Positions 41,613 through 50,822 of a stretch of DNA of 64,000 nucleotides are shown here, in pieces (position 1 is the first letter of the stretch; each line of letters begins with the position of its first letter). The position numbers and the translations under genes were made by a program. The stretch comes from Candidatus Cloacimonadales bacterium (GTDB taxonomy: Bacteria > Cloacimonadota > Cloacimonadia > Cloacimonadales > JAFGVF01). The notes below the pieces were generated by a model. The model searched no databases. It had not been told where the DNA came from and saw nothing but the letters and a program-made list of their open reading frames with translations. Location of the stretch: NCBI GenBank assembly GCA_963667035.1, contig OY762964.1, positions 960,001-1,024,000 on the forward strand, given 5' to 3'.

Positions 41613-44330
41613 ATGATGAAGAAAACCCTGAATCTTTTTTTGTTATTAATCATTAGCGTTTCATCTATGTGGGCTTACATGACCAGATATGAAACGGTCC
41701 TGACTCAACCTGACGGTAGTAAGTTTAGTGCTGTTATTGAAGGTGACGAATACTTTCGAGTTGTGTCGGATAAGGATAACTATACCCTGATGGTAGACCC
41801 TAAGACAGGATACTGGATGTATGCGGTTAAAGGAAACAACGGTTTAGAACCGGGAATGTACAGACAGGGAACTGTCAATCCTGCGTCAATAGGCTTGGAC
41901 CCCGGATTAACATATTCTTCCGGCCAGATTAATAAAAGAGTGGAGGAGATGAAAGAGTTATTCTCCGCTAATAGCATAAATAGAACTCCCAATACGGGAA
42001 CATTCAATAACCTTGTTGTGTTTATTCGTTTCGCAGGTGAGAGTGAATTCGGACAGAACATTAGTACTTATACAAATATGATTAGCGATACAACACCCGG
42101 AGCTAACTCCATGGTGAACTACTTTGAAGAAGTGTCCTATAATCAATTAACCATAGACTCTCATTACTATCCACCGACATCAAACAACATGGTTGTTTCT
42201 TATCAGGATAGCTATGCAAGAAACTACTTTCAACCGTACAGTGGTTCTAATCCAAGCGGATACAGCGGAGATGACGAGAGAAAAGATAGAGAATTTGCTT
42301 TATTGGATAGAGCAATAGACTATGTAGATGCCTATATCCCTTCATCATTGAATATTGATGCTGATAATGACGGTTATGTTGATAATGTAGTATTCATAGT
42401 GAAAGGTGATACCGACGGTTGGTCTGATTTACTATGGCCTCATCGTTGGGTTCTTTATGATAGAAACGTGTATCTGAACGGTGATAGAGTTTGGGATTTC
42501 AATTTCCAGTTGCAATCGCATCTTGTCAGTAGCGGAACAGGCGTTATGTGTCATGAAATGTTCCATTCATTAGGTGCACCCGATTTATATCATTATAACT
42601 ATGACGGTTTGACGACTGCCGGAGAATGGGATGTTATGGAGAATTCTACCAATCCTCCTCAACACATGCTAATGTACATGAAATACAGATATGGATTGTG
42701 GCTAAACAGTATACCTGAGATAACTTCAAGCGGGACATACTCGTTAAACCCGACAACTAACAATACAAACAATTGCTATAAAATAGCTTCGAATGATCCT
42801 GACGAGTACTTTGTTATTGAGTATAGAAGAATGACCGGAACCTTTGAATCAAGTCTACCCGGAGAAGGGTTAATAGCTTATAGAATAAACACGACTCTTG
42901 ATGGAGAAGGAAATGCAGACGGACCACCGGACGAGCTTTATGTGTATAGACCGGGAGGTAGCCTCACTCAAAGCGGTAGCATTAGTCAGGCAGTATTTAA
43001 TCCTGCTTACGGAAGAACCGAGTTAACAGATTATACAGACCCTAATGGATTTCTTTCCGATGGTTCATTAGGTGGGCTGTTCGTTACGAATATCGGTACT
43101 GCAGGAACAACAATCTCTTTTACAGTTAATATTGGAGGTGCAGGTGATCCTGATATTGCTGTGACTCCTTCATCTTATTCGATTAGCTTACCCCCTGAGA
43201 CAACAGCAAACAGAAGTTTGAGAATAAGTAACAATGGCACAGCTCCTTTAAACTATTCCCTTAACTTACAGAATGTAACAAGAGATACAGGTGGTCCCAC
43301 TGCAAGCGGATACTATTGGATTGATAGTTCTGAAGCAAATGGTCCTGATTATATATGGGAAGATATCTCTTCTGTTGGAACCGAGATTAATTATAACTCT
43401 GATGATCAGCTATCCGCTTCGCTTAACCTAGGTTTCACATTCCCGTTTTACGATAACAACTATACTTCTCTTGCCGTATGTAGTAATGGTTTCTTGAGTT
43501 TTTCAGGTTCGGATACGCAATGGGATAATATGGATATTCCCAATAGTATTACACCAAACAACTTCATTGCACCTTTCTGGGATGATTTAAGTCCTCAAAA
43601 CAGTGGCTCCGTTTACTATTACAGCGATGTGGCTAATCAACGCTTTATTGTGCAATTCACTGATGCACCTCACTATAGTACTGTTAGCGGTACTTATACT
43701 TTCCAAGTTCAGTTGTATTCTACCGGTGAGATATACTATTATTACAATAATATGCGAAATACTATAAATAGTGCTACAATAGGTATTGAGAACAATGACG
43801 GTTCGGAAGGATTAAAAATAGCTTATAATGAGAACTATGTTTCTAACGGTAAAGCAGTATTAATAAACAATGTTAACTTTATACAGGATGATGTTGATTG
43901 GGCGGATGCAACACCTATGAACGGAACGGTTAATCCTGGTGCTTATACCGACGTTGCTTTAAATATTGATACAACAGGATTGATTGCGAATAATGATTAT
44001 ACAGCTAATGTAGTTGTTAATTCCAATGATAATGACCTGCCGTCTATCAGTATCCCATTATATTTATCGGTAATCGGGGCACTTGATGCTCCTGAAAATG
44101 CTACTGCTTCTGTAGTTAACGGAAGATTAGAGATAAAGTGGACTCCTGTAACGGGTGCAAGTTCTTATAATATCTATATGCAGAATCCAAGTAACGGGAT
44201 TTACTATAATAGAAACAGTTACGGGACATTCGGCACATCCGGAAGTTATATTACTTGGACAACTACTTTTGAATTGGATAGTTTATCATGGCCAAGAGCT
44301 TTCTTTTATATTAAAGCTGTTGCAGAATAA
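41613..44330 (+). CDS. Secreted M6-family (immune inhibitor A-like) metalloprotease with C-terminal beta domains
   Basis: Signal peptide, QPDGS..GDE propeptide, HEMFHSLGAPDLY zinc motif, WDVM Met-turn, EYFVIEYR, IAPFWDDL. Confidence 0.88.
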   Translation: MMKKTLNLFLLLIISVSSMWAYMTRYETVLTQPDGSKFSAVIEGDEYFRVVSDKDNYTLMVDPKTGYWMYAVKGNNGLEPGMYRQGTVNPASIGLDPGLTYSSGQINKRVEEMKELFSANSINRTPNTGTFNNLVVFIRFAGESEFGQNISTYTNMISDTTPGANSMVNYFEEVSYNQLTIDSHYYPPTSNNMVVSYQDSYARNYFQPYSGSNPSGYSGDDERKDREFALLDRAIDYVDAYIPSSLNIDADNDGYVDNVVFIVKGDTDGWSDLLWPHRWVLYDRNVYLNGDRVWDFNFQLQSHLVSSGTGVMCHEMFHSLGAPDLYHYNYDGLTTAGEWDVMENSTNPPQHMLMYMKYRYGLWLNSIPEITSSGTYSLNPTTNNTNNCYKIASNDPDEYFVIEYRRMTGTFESSLPGEGLIAYRINTTLDGEGNADGPPDELYVYRPGGSLTQSGSISQAVFNPAYGRTELTDYTDPNGFLSDGSLGGLFVTNIGTAGTTISFTVNIGGAGDPDIAVTPSSYSISLPPETTANRSLRISNNGTAPLNYSLNLQNVTRDTGGPTASGYYWIDSSEANGPDYIWEDISSVGTEINYNSDDQLSASLNLGFTFPFYDNNYTSLAVCSNGFLSFSGSDTQWDNMDIPNSITPNNFIAPFWDDLSPQNSGSVYYYSDVANQRFIVQFTDAPHYSTVSGTYTFQVQLYSTGEIYYYYNNMRNTINSATIGIENNDGSEGLKIAYNENYVSNGKAVLINNVNFIQDDVDWADATPMNGTVNPGAYTDVALNIDTTGLIANNDYTANVVVNSNDNDLPSISIPLYLSVIGALDAPENATASVVNGRLEIKWTPVTGASSYNIYMQNPSNGIYYNRNSYGTFGTSGSYITWTTTFELDSLSWPRAFFYIKAVAE

Positions 44331-44353
44331 TTAATCGTATATAAAACAATAAA

Positions 44354-44390
44354 AGATAAGCTTTCGCAATGCGGAAGCTTATCTGCTTTT
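44354..44390 (+). terminator. Terminator after the M6 protease gene
   Basis: AGATAAGCTTTCGC-aat-GCGGAAGCTTATCT followed by GCTTTT. Confidence 0.75.
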
Positions 44391-44481
44391 ACAACTAGTA
44401 TCAATGACCGGACCAAATAGTTAGCAATCACAAAGAATAAATTGATTGACAATTTAGCTTATTCTCATAATTTCACATTAA

Positions 44482-44514
44482 ACCTTTAATCGAGTCCAGA
44501 GAGGCTGAAAGGAG
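44482..44514 (+). promoter_or_regulatory. PyrR-binding RNA stem-loop
   Basis: CCTTTAA-tcg-AGTCCAGAGAGGCT-g-AAAGG matches the PyrR consensus (UUUAA ... ARUCCNGNGAGGYU) and lies directly upstream of the pyr operon. Confidence 0.9.
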
Positions 44515-44520
44515 ATAAAT

Positions 44521-44625
44521 ATGAAACTAACTTTAATAATGCTAAATAAGCATAAATCCCCCAATTCTTTAAACACCATTACTATACCCAATCATTTAAG
44601 GAGTATTTCATGCAAAGCAATTTAA
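44521..44625 (+). CDS. Putative 34-aa leader uORF overlapping the pyrB start
   Basis: RBS AAAGGAG (44508-44514) then ATG 44521; MKLTLIMLNKHKSPNSLNTITIPNHLRSISCKAI*; the stop lies inside pyrB. Confidence 0.45.
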   Translation: MKLTLIMLNKHKSPNSLNTITIPNHLRSISCKAI

Positions 44626-45548
44626 ACTTCCTGGGACGATGTATGTATGATCTCGATGACTATTCGGCAGAAGAGATTATTCATATTCTTGAAGCATCCA
44701 AGATTATGAAGGAAATCAATCAGAGGGAATACAAGAAAGTTCCAACTCTGAGAGGTAAAACTGTTTGTACTCTATTCTTTGAAAACAGTACAAGAACACT
44801 TATGTCTTTTGAGCTTGCTGCCAGTCGTTTAAGTGCTGATTTAGTCAGTTTCAATTCAAGTACTTCATCTTTAGCAAAAGGTGAAAGCTTACAAGACACT
44901 GTTTATACTCTTGATGCAATGGGTATTGACTGCTATATAATTCGTCACAGTTATCCCGGAAGTCCGCAGTTAGTGCATAAATACTCACAGAAACCTGTAT
45001 TAAACGGGGGAGACGGACGTCATGCTCACCCGACTCAAGCATTGCTTGATATGTTCTCAATATATGAGAAGAGAGGCTCTCTGGATGGTATGAAGATTGC
45101 TATTGTAGGTGATATTGCTCACAGTAGAGTTGTTCGTTCTAATCTTATCGGAATGAAGAAGCTTGGAGCTGAAGTTACTATTTGCGGTCCAAGAACTCTT
45201 ATGCCTGGTAAAATGGAAGAAGTTTACGGATGTAAAGTAAGCTATAATCTTGAAGAAGCACTCAAGGATGCTGATGTTGTTATGGGACTTAGAATGCAAC
45301 TTGAAAGACAAGCTGAAGGTTTATTCCCTAATCTTGAAGAGTATACAAAGCACTATGTACTTTCAAAAGAGACTTTGAAATTTGCCAAGAAAGACGCTTT
45401 AATAATGCACCCAGGTCCAATGAATAGAGGTGTTGAAATTTTACCTGAAATAGCAGACAGTGATCGTTCATTAGTGTTACAACAAGTTGCCAATGGTGTT
45501 GCCGTGAGAATGGCATTGTTGTATCTCATGCTCGGTGGAAAGATGTAG
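44610..45548 (+). CDS. pyrB: Aspartate carbamoyltransferase catalytic subunit
   Basis: FFENSTRT, HPTQALLD, GDIAHSRV, LRMQLER, MHPGPMNRG. Confidence 0.97.
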   Translation: MQSNLNFLGRCMYDLDDYSAEEIIHILEASKIMKEINQREYKKVPTLRGKTVCTLFFENSTRTLMSFELAASRLSADLVSFNSSTSSLAKGESLQDTVYTLDAMGIDCYIIRHSYPGSPQLVHKYSQKPVLNGGDGRHAHPTQALLDMFSIYEKRGSLDGMKIAIVGDIAHSRVVRSNLIGMKKLGAEVTICGPRTLMPGKMEEVYGCKVSYNLEEALKDADVVMGLRMQLERQAEGLFPNLEEYTKHYVLSKETLKFAKKDALIMHPGPMNRGVEILPEIADSDRSLVLQQVANGVAVRMALLYLMLGGKM

Positions 45549-45557
45549 GAGGAAACC

Positions 45558-46838
45558 ATGAAGATATTGATTCAAAACGGAAAGATTTATCAAAACGGAA
45601 CTTTCGAAAGAAAAGATATATTGATTACGGATGATAGAATAGAAAGAATAGATACAGCTATTATTGCTGCTGATGCGGATAAAGTAATTGATGCTGAAGG
45701 ACAGGTCGTTCTTCCGGGTTTCATAGACTTGCATGCACACTTAAGAGATCCGGGTCAGGTTTATAAAGAGGATATAGTAACAGGTACCAGAGCTGCTGCC
45801 AAAGGCGGGTTCACAACTGTTTGTGCTATGCCTAATACAGAGCCTGTTGTTGATAGTGTTGCAAGTGTTGAATACATAAGTAGAAAAGCTGCTGAGCTTG
45901 GTTTTGCCAGAGTTAAAGTTATAGGTGCAATGACCAAGAAATCCGAAGGTAAAGAAATTGCTTTAATGTCTACTATGAAAGATGGTGGGATTGTTGCAGT
46001 TAGCGATGATGGGAAATGCGTTCAAAATGCAAAGTTAATGCAGAACTGTATGAAATATGCAGTTAATTATGAGCTCCCGGTAATTATTCATCCTGAAGAT
46101 TATAATCTTGCAGGAAAGGGACAAATCAACGGTGGACGCTACTCAACTCAGTTAGGACTTGGAGCAATACCGGGTTTAGCAGAAGATATTATTGTTTCAA
46201 GAGACATAATGTTAGCTCGTAGTACAGGTTGTCACTTACATGTGGCTCACGTTTCAACTGCCAGAAGTATTCAGATGATAAGAGAAGCAAAAGCTGAAGG
46301 ATTAAATGTTACAACAGAAGTTACTCCTCATCATTTGACTCTAACCGATGCAAGCCTTACATCTTTTGACACTAACTACAAATGCAAACCTCCTCTAAGA
46401 GGCGAGCAGGACAGAATGGCATGCATCGAAGGTTTGATTGACGGTACAATTGATTGTATTGCTACAGACCATGCTCCTCATGCAGACTACGAAAAAGAAC
46501 GTGAATTTAATCTTGCTCCATTCGGTATAAACGGCTTTGAAGCAGCTTTCGGCTCTATGTATACCGAGTTAGTACTCAACAATATATTACCGATTAATGT
46601 GATTATAGATGCTCTAACCAGCAAACCTGCAAAATTCCTGAAACTTAATTCGGGGGAATTGAAAGAAGGACTTCTGGCGGATGTTACCGTTATTGATTTA
46701 GACCGTGAGTTTACACTTACCGTTGATAACATGCAATCAAAATCAGCCAATACACCATATTTGAATATACCGCTAAAGGGGACGGTTACTCATACAATAT
46801 GTGGTGGCAAGTTAACCTGGGAATTAGAGAATGTATAA
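45558..46838 (+). CDS. pyrC: Dihydroorotase (type I)
   Basis: DLHAHLRDPG, AMPNT, SDDG, EVTPHHL, ATDHAPH. Confidence 0.95.
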   Translation: MKILIQNGKIYQNGTFERKDILITDDRIERIDTAIIAADADKVIDAEGQVVLPGFIDLHAHLRDPGQVYKEDIVTGTRAAAKGGFTTVCAMPNTEPVVDSVASVEYISRKAAELGFARVKVIGAMTKKSEGKEIALMSTMKDGGIVAVSDDGKCVQNAKLMQNCMKYAVNYELPVIIHPEDYNLAGKGQINGGRYSTQLGLGAIPGLAEDIIVSRDIMLARSTGCHLHVAHVSTARSIQMIREAKAEGLNVTTEVTPHHLTLTDASLTSFDTNYKCKPPLRGEQDRMACIEGLIDGTIDCIATDHAPHADYEKEREFNLAPFGINGFEAAFGSMYTELVLNNILPINVIIDALTSKPAKFLKLNSGELKEGLLADVTVIDLDREFTLTVDNMQSKSANTPYLNIPLKGTVTHTICGGKLTWELENV

Positions 46839-47586
46839 AACAAGTAGAATAACCAACTACCGAGAAATGGGAGTTGATTACTTCGTACTGACAATTAGCG
46901 AAACTGACCTGGCACAGAAGTCTGTTGCCGGTCAGTTTTATAATCTTGGTTACTCTAGTGGCGAGATACCAAGACTTAAAAAGCCTATCAGTATCTATGA
47001 CATTAATGGAGATGAAATCTCCTTCATGATAAAGAGAATTGGCAAAGGGACTAGTGAATTATCTAAGCTGAGACCAGGTGATGAGATAAAGATCTTGGGT
47101 CCATTAGGTAACGGATTCCCTCTTTTAAAAGATAAAAAAGTTCTTCTCATCAGTGGAGGTGTAGGTTATCCTCCCATGGTGCATCTTAAAAAAGAGTTAA
47201 AAGACTGTGTAGCAATTCATTTGCATGGCGGAAGAACAAAAACCGATATCTTTCCCTGTGATATTGCCTATACTGAAGACGGTAGTTTCGGTAAAAAGGG
47301 ATTTGTTACTAAAGACCTTGATTTCATAATCAGAGAGAATGAGATAGACCTTATCTATACTTGCGGTCCTGATGTAATGATGAAAGCAGTAGGAAAAATT
47401 GCAAAGGACAACGGAATAGAATGCTATCTGTCTTTAGAAGAGTATATGGCTTGCGGGATAGGAGCGTGTTACGGTTGTGCAGTAAGAATTAAGGCCGATA
47501 ACTCGGATGGTTTTGTGAACAAACGTGTCTGTAAGGACGGTCCTGTGTTTGAAATAAATGAACTTTGGATGGCGGAAGATGAATAG
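46831..47586 (+). CDS. pyrK: Dihydroorotate dehydrogenase electron transfer subunit
   Basis: GPLGNGF, GGVGYPP, CGP, MACGIGACYGC...VCKDGPVF. Confidence 0.93.
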   Translation: MYKTSRITNYREMGVDYFVLTISETDLAQKSVAGQFYNLGYSSGEIPRLKKPISIYDINGDEISFMIKRIGKGTSELSKLRPGDEIKILGPLGNGFPLLKDKKVLLISGGVGYPPMVHLKKELKDCVAIHLHGGRTKTDIFPCDIAYTEDGSFGKKGFVTKDLDFIIRENEIDLIYTCGPDVMMKAVGKIAKDNGIECYLSLEEYMACGIGACYGCAVRIKADNSDGFVNKRVCKDGPVFEINELWMAEDE

Positions 47587-48484
47587 ATTAGAAACAAGAT
47601 TGGGAAGACTTAAACTAAAGAATCCCGTGACCGTAGCATCCGGTACATTTAGCTATGATTATTCTGAATATGTTGATTTCAATAAACTTGGGGCATTAGT
47701 AACAAAAACTATAACCAAAGCTCCAAGAGCAGGAAATCCTACTCCTCGTTTATATGAAACTGAAGCGGGACTTCTGAATTCGATAGGTCTACAGAATCCC
47801 GGACTAGAGACATTCATCAGTAACGAATTACCAAAGTATAATACTTGGGATTCTCCGCTGCTAGTTAGTCTATCCGGTTCCAGTATTGATGAGTTCTGTG
47901 AAATTGTCCAAAGAATGGAAGATGAAAAATGTGAAGGCTATGAAATCAATGTTTCATGTCCGAATGTAAAGAATGAAGGAATTGCTTTTGGAGTAGATCC
48001 TATTATTGTTTCTGAACTTACCTCTAAACTAAGAAAAATAACCGAGAGAGAGCTTATTATCAAATTGTCACCTAATGTTACCGACATAGTGTCTGTCGCT
48101 AGAGCAGCAAGAGAAGCAGGTGCTGACAGCTTGGCGTTAATAAATACTTTACTTGGAATGGCTATAGATTGGAAAACAGGTAGGAGCAGAATTGCCAAAG
48201 GTGTTTGTGGATATAGCGGTATTGCTATTAAACCTGTTGCCCTAAGCAATGTTTACAGAGTTGCAAAAGCGGTTGATATCCCGATTCTAGCAATGGGTGG
48301 TATCTCAACTTATGAGGATGCCATTGAATTTTTCTATGCGGGAGCAAGTGCTGTTGCAGTGGGAACTGAGAACTTTATGAATCCTAAAGCAACCGTCGAT
48401 TTGATAGAAAACCTTGACAGACATTTAACTAAAAGCAATAAGTTGCTTCATGAAATTATTGGTAAGATATCCGGTATTGTTTAA
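47579..48484 (+). CDS. pyrD: Dihydroorotate dehydrogenase, class 1B catalytic subunit
   Basis: KNPVTVASGT, NSIGLQNPG, EINVSCPN, KLSPNV, LINT, MGGI. Confidence 0.95.
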   Translation: MNRLETRLGRLKLKNPVTVASGTFSYDYSEYVDFNKLGALVTKTITKAPRAGNPTPRLYETEAGLLNSIGLQNPGLETFISNELPKYNTWDSPLLVSLSGSSIDEFCEIVQRMEDEKCEGYEINVSCPNVKNEGIAFGVDPIIVSELTSKLRKITERELIIKLSPNVTDIVSVARAAREAGADSLALINTLLGMAIDWKTGRSRIAKGVCGYSGIAIKPVALSNVYRVAKAVDIPILAMGGISTYEDAIEFFYAGASAVAVGTENFMNPKATVDLIENLDRHLTKSNKLLHEIIGKISGIV

Positions 48485-49235
48485 AGTAACAAATATATTG
48501 ATTAAATACAGATTAGGGTTAGTAATAACCCTAATTTTACTTTGTAACAACTTGATTGTTGTAGCAAAGACTCTACCCGATTTTAGTCAGTTCCCGATTG
48601 GAGAAGCAAGAAAAACAGCCTTTTACAATTTCTTCAGACCTATTATTAAAGATGAGAATGCAAAGATACTGAAAGAACGTGATTTCATGCTTTCCTTTAA
48701 ATTCAAGTATGATAATGGAATTGAGATTCCTGAAGAAGATATCAAGATATTTCATGATTTAGCTAAGAAATATAAACTAGATTCTGATAATTTTGAGAAA
48801 GAGTATTTCTGGGATAGAGTTAACAGAAGAGTTGACCATATTCCTTTTGAAATTGCAATGGCCCAAGCTGCGGTTGAGTCAGGATGGGGAACATCAGGCT
48901 TTGCAATTCAAGCTAACAATATATTTGGAGTTTGGACTTATGAGCAAGGTACCGGTATTGTTCCCAAAGAGAGAATACAGGGAGCAACACACGAGATTAG
49001 AATTTATGATAATGTGGAATCCTCAATTGCAAGCTATATGCTGAATCTTAATACGAATAAAGCTTATCGTAGATTTAGGGATATCAGATGGGAATTAAGG
49101 CTTGAGGGTGTTGCTATGGAGCCGATTCTTATGTGCGAGGGACTTAAATATTACTCCCAAAGACGAATGGAATATGTGAATCTGCTCCAGAAGATGATAA
49201 GAAGTGATAGAGATATCATGGTGGGTGAAGATTAA
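48450..49235 (+). CDS. GH73 glucosaminidase-domain protein (Bax-like); start uncertain
   Basis: N-terminal hydrophobic segment, AQAAVESGWGTSGF, NNIFG, YMLNLNT, YYS. Confidence 0.85.
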   Translation: MKLLVRYPVLFKVTNILIKYRLGLVITLILLCNNLIVVAKTLPDFSQFPIGEARKTAFYNFFRPIIKDENAKILKERDFMLSFKFKYDNGIEIPEEDIKIFHDLAKKYKLDSDNFEKEYFWDRVNRRVDHIPFEIAMAQAAVESGWGTSGFAIQANNIFGVWTYEQGTGIVPKERIQGATHEIRIYDNVESSIASYMLNLNTNKAYRRFRDIRWELRLEGVAMEPILMCEGLKYYSQRRMEYVNLLQKMIRSDRDIMVGED

Positions 49236-49272
49236 CCCAAAGAATTAATAAATAATAAAAGAAGATAAATTT

Positions 49273-50238
49273 ATGGAGATTATAAAAGCTTTAAAAGCTG
49301 AAATGAAATTGGAAGCAGAGGCAATAATAAAGGCTTCCGAGCTAATAGATGAACAATCAAAAAAGGCATTCGAGTTAATTCGAGATTGTAAAAATAAAGT
49401 TGTTGTTACCGGAATGGGGAAGACCGGTTTGATTGGTAGAAAAGTTGCTGCTACTCTTGCAAGCACAGGAACAACCTCAATCTTTCTGCATGCAGCTGAA
49501 GGTATACATGGAGATTTGGGAATGTTAGCCGAAGGCGATGTAGTAATTGCGATATCATATTCAGGTAATACGAAAGAAGTTCTTGATCTTATCCCATATT
49601 TAAAGTTTTTAAAATTACCAATAATAGCTATAACAGGAAAACCAGAGTCACAATTAGCCACCTCTGCAGACGCTGTAATTAATGGATATGTTCCTTCAGA
49701 ATATGAACCGCTAGGACTCGTTCCCACATCTTCAACAACAGTTGCTCTTGCTATATGTGATGCTTTGGCAATAGCACTTCTTAGAGCCAGAAAATTTGAG
49801 GAAAAAGACTATGCTTTGTTTCATCCGGGTGGAACTATCGGAAAGAAGTTACTCTTAAGGGTTAGAGACTTAATGCACAAGGATGCAGACCTTCCTAAAG
49901 TGAGTGAATCAACAAAGCTTTTTGAAGCAATCTCGATTATAACAGAGAAGAAACTTGGATGTACTACAGTTATTGCAGATAAAAAGATGATTGGTATTAT
50001 TACTGACGGTGATTTAAGACGCATTATGCAGAAGAGAAGAGGTGAGCTTCTTGAACTTCCGGTTACAGAAGTAATGACAAAGAATCCTATATCGGTTAGT
50101 CAGGAGATGCTTGCCGTTGAGGCAATCAATATTATGGAAGAGCACAATATCACTATGTTGCCTGTAACAGATGAGGATAATCATCCTATTGGACTCCTAC
50201 ACATGCATGACCTTATTAAAGCCGGAGTTGTAGGCTAA
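49273..50238 (+). CDS. kdsD: Arabinose-5-phosphate isomerase, KpsF/GutQ family (SIS + CBS)
   Basis: VTGMGKTG, STGT, HGDLG, PTSST, HPGG, CBS pair. Confidence 0.92.
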   Translation: MEIIKALKAEMKLEAEAIIKASELIDEQSKKAFELIRDCKNKVVVTGMGKTGLIGRKVAATLASTGTTSIFLHAAEGIHGDLGMLAEGDVVIAISYSGNTKEVLDLIPYLKFLKLPIIAITGKPESQLATSADAVINGYVPSEYEPLGLVPTSSTTVALAICDALAIALLRARKFEEKDYALFHPGGTIGKKLLLRVRDLMHKDADLPKVSESTKLFEAISIITEKKLGCTTVIADKKMIGIITDGDLRRIMQKRRGELLELPVTEVMTKNPISVSQEMLAVEAINIMEEHNITMLPVTDEDNHPIGLLHMHDLIKAGVVG

Positions 50239-50249
50239 GATAGATTTCA

Positions 50250-50687
50250 ATGAGATTGGTTGTTCAAAGAGTCAGCGAAGCATCCGTAAGAATCAATGGT
50301 GAACTCATTTCTTCAATTAACAGAGGTTTATTGGTTTTATGTGGGGTAGGCAAAAATGATGGTAAAGAGGCACTGACTTGGCTTGCTAATAAACTAGTGA
50401 ACCTGAGGATTTTTGAGGATGATAACGGCAAGATGAATAAATCACTACTTGATATATCCGGTGAAATCATTATTGTTTCTCAGTTTACTCTCTATGCTGA
50501 TTGTTCAAGAGGTAGAAGACCGGATTTTCTTGATTCCGCAAAACCTGAAATTGCTGAGAAATTATACGATAGATTCTGTGAAGAGGTCAGTTTCTTTGGT
50601 GTTAATGTTAAAAAGGGAATCTTCGGAGCGGATATGAAGGTTAGTTTACTCAATGACGGACCTGTTACTATCATCTTGGAAAGGTAA
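50250..50687 (+). CDS. dtd: D-aminoacyl-tRNA deacylase
   Basis: MRLVVQRV, LRIFED, SQFTL, NDGPVT. Confidence 0.96.
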   Translation: MRLVVQRVSEASVRINGELISSINRGLLVLCGVGKNDGKEALTWLANKLVNLRIFEDDNGKMNKSLLDISGEIIIVSQFTLYADCSRGRRPDFLDSAKPEIAEKLYDRFCEEVSFFGVNVKKGIFGADMKVSLLNDGPVTIILER

Positions 50688-50822
50688 AACTCTCAGTAAA
50701 ACCTTATTAATACTCATTTAATATACGAAAATAGTAGACAACTTAGCTATTTTGATGTCTTTTGAGCTAAAATTAAAAATAGCGGAGTATATGCCATCAA
50801 AAAGGTAATACTATTATCTATA

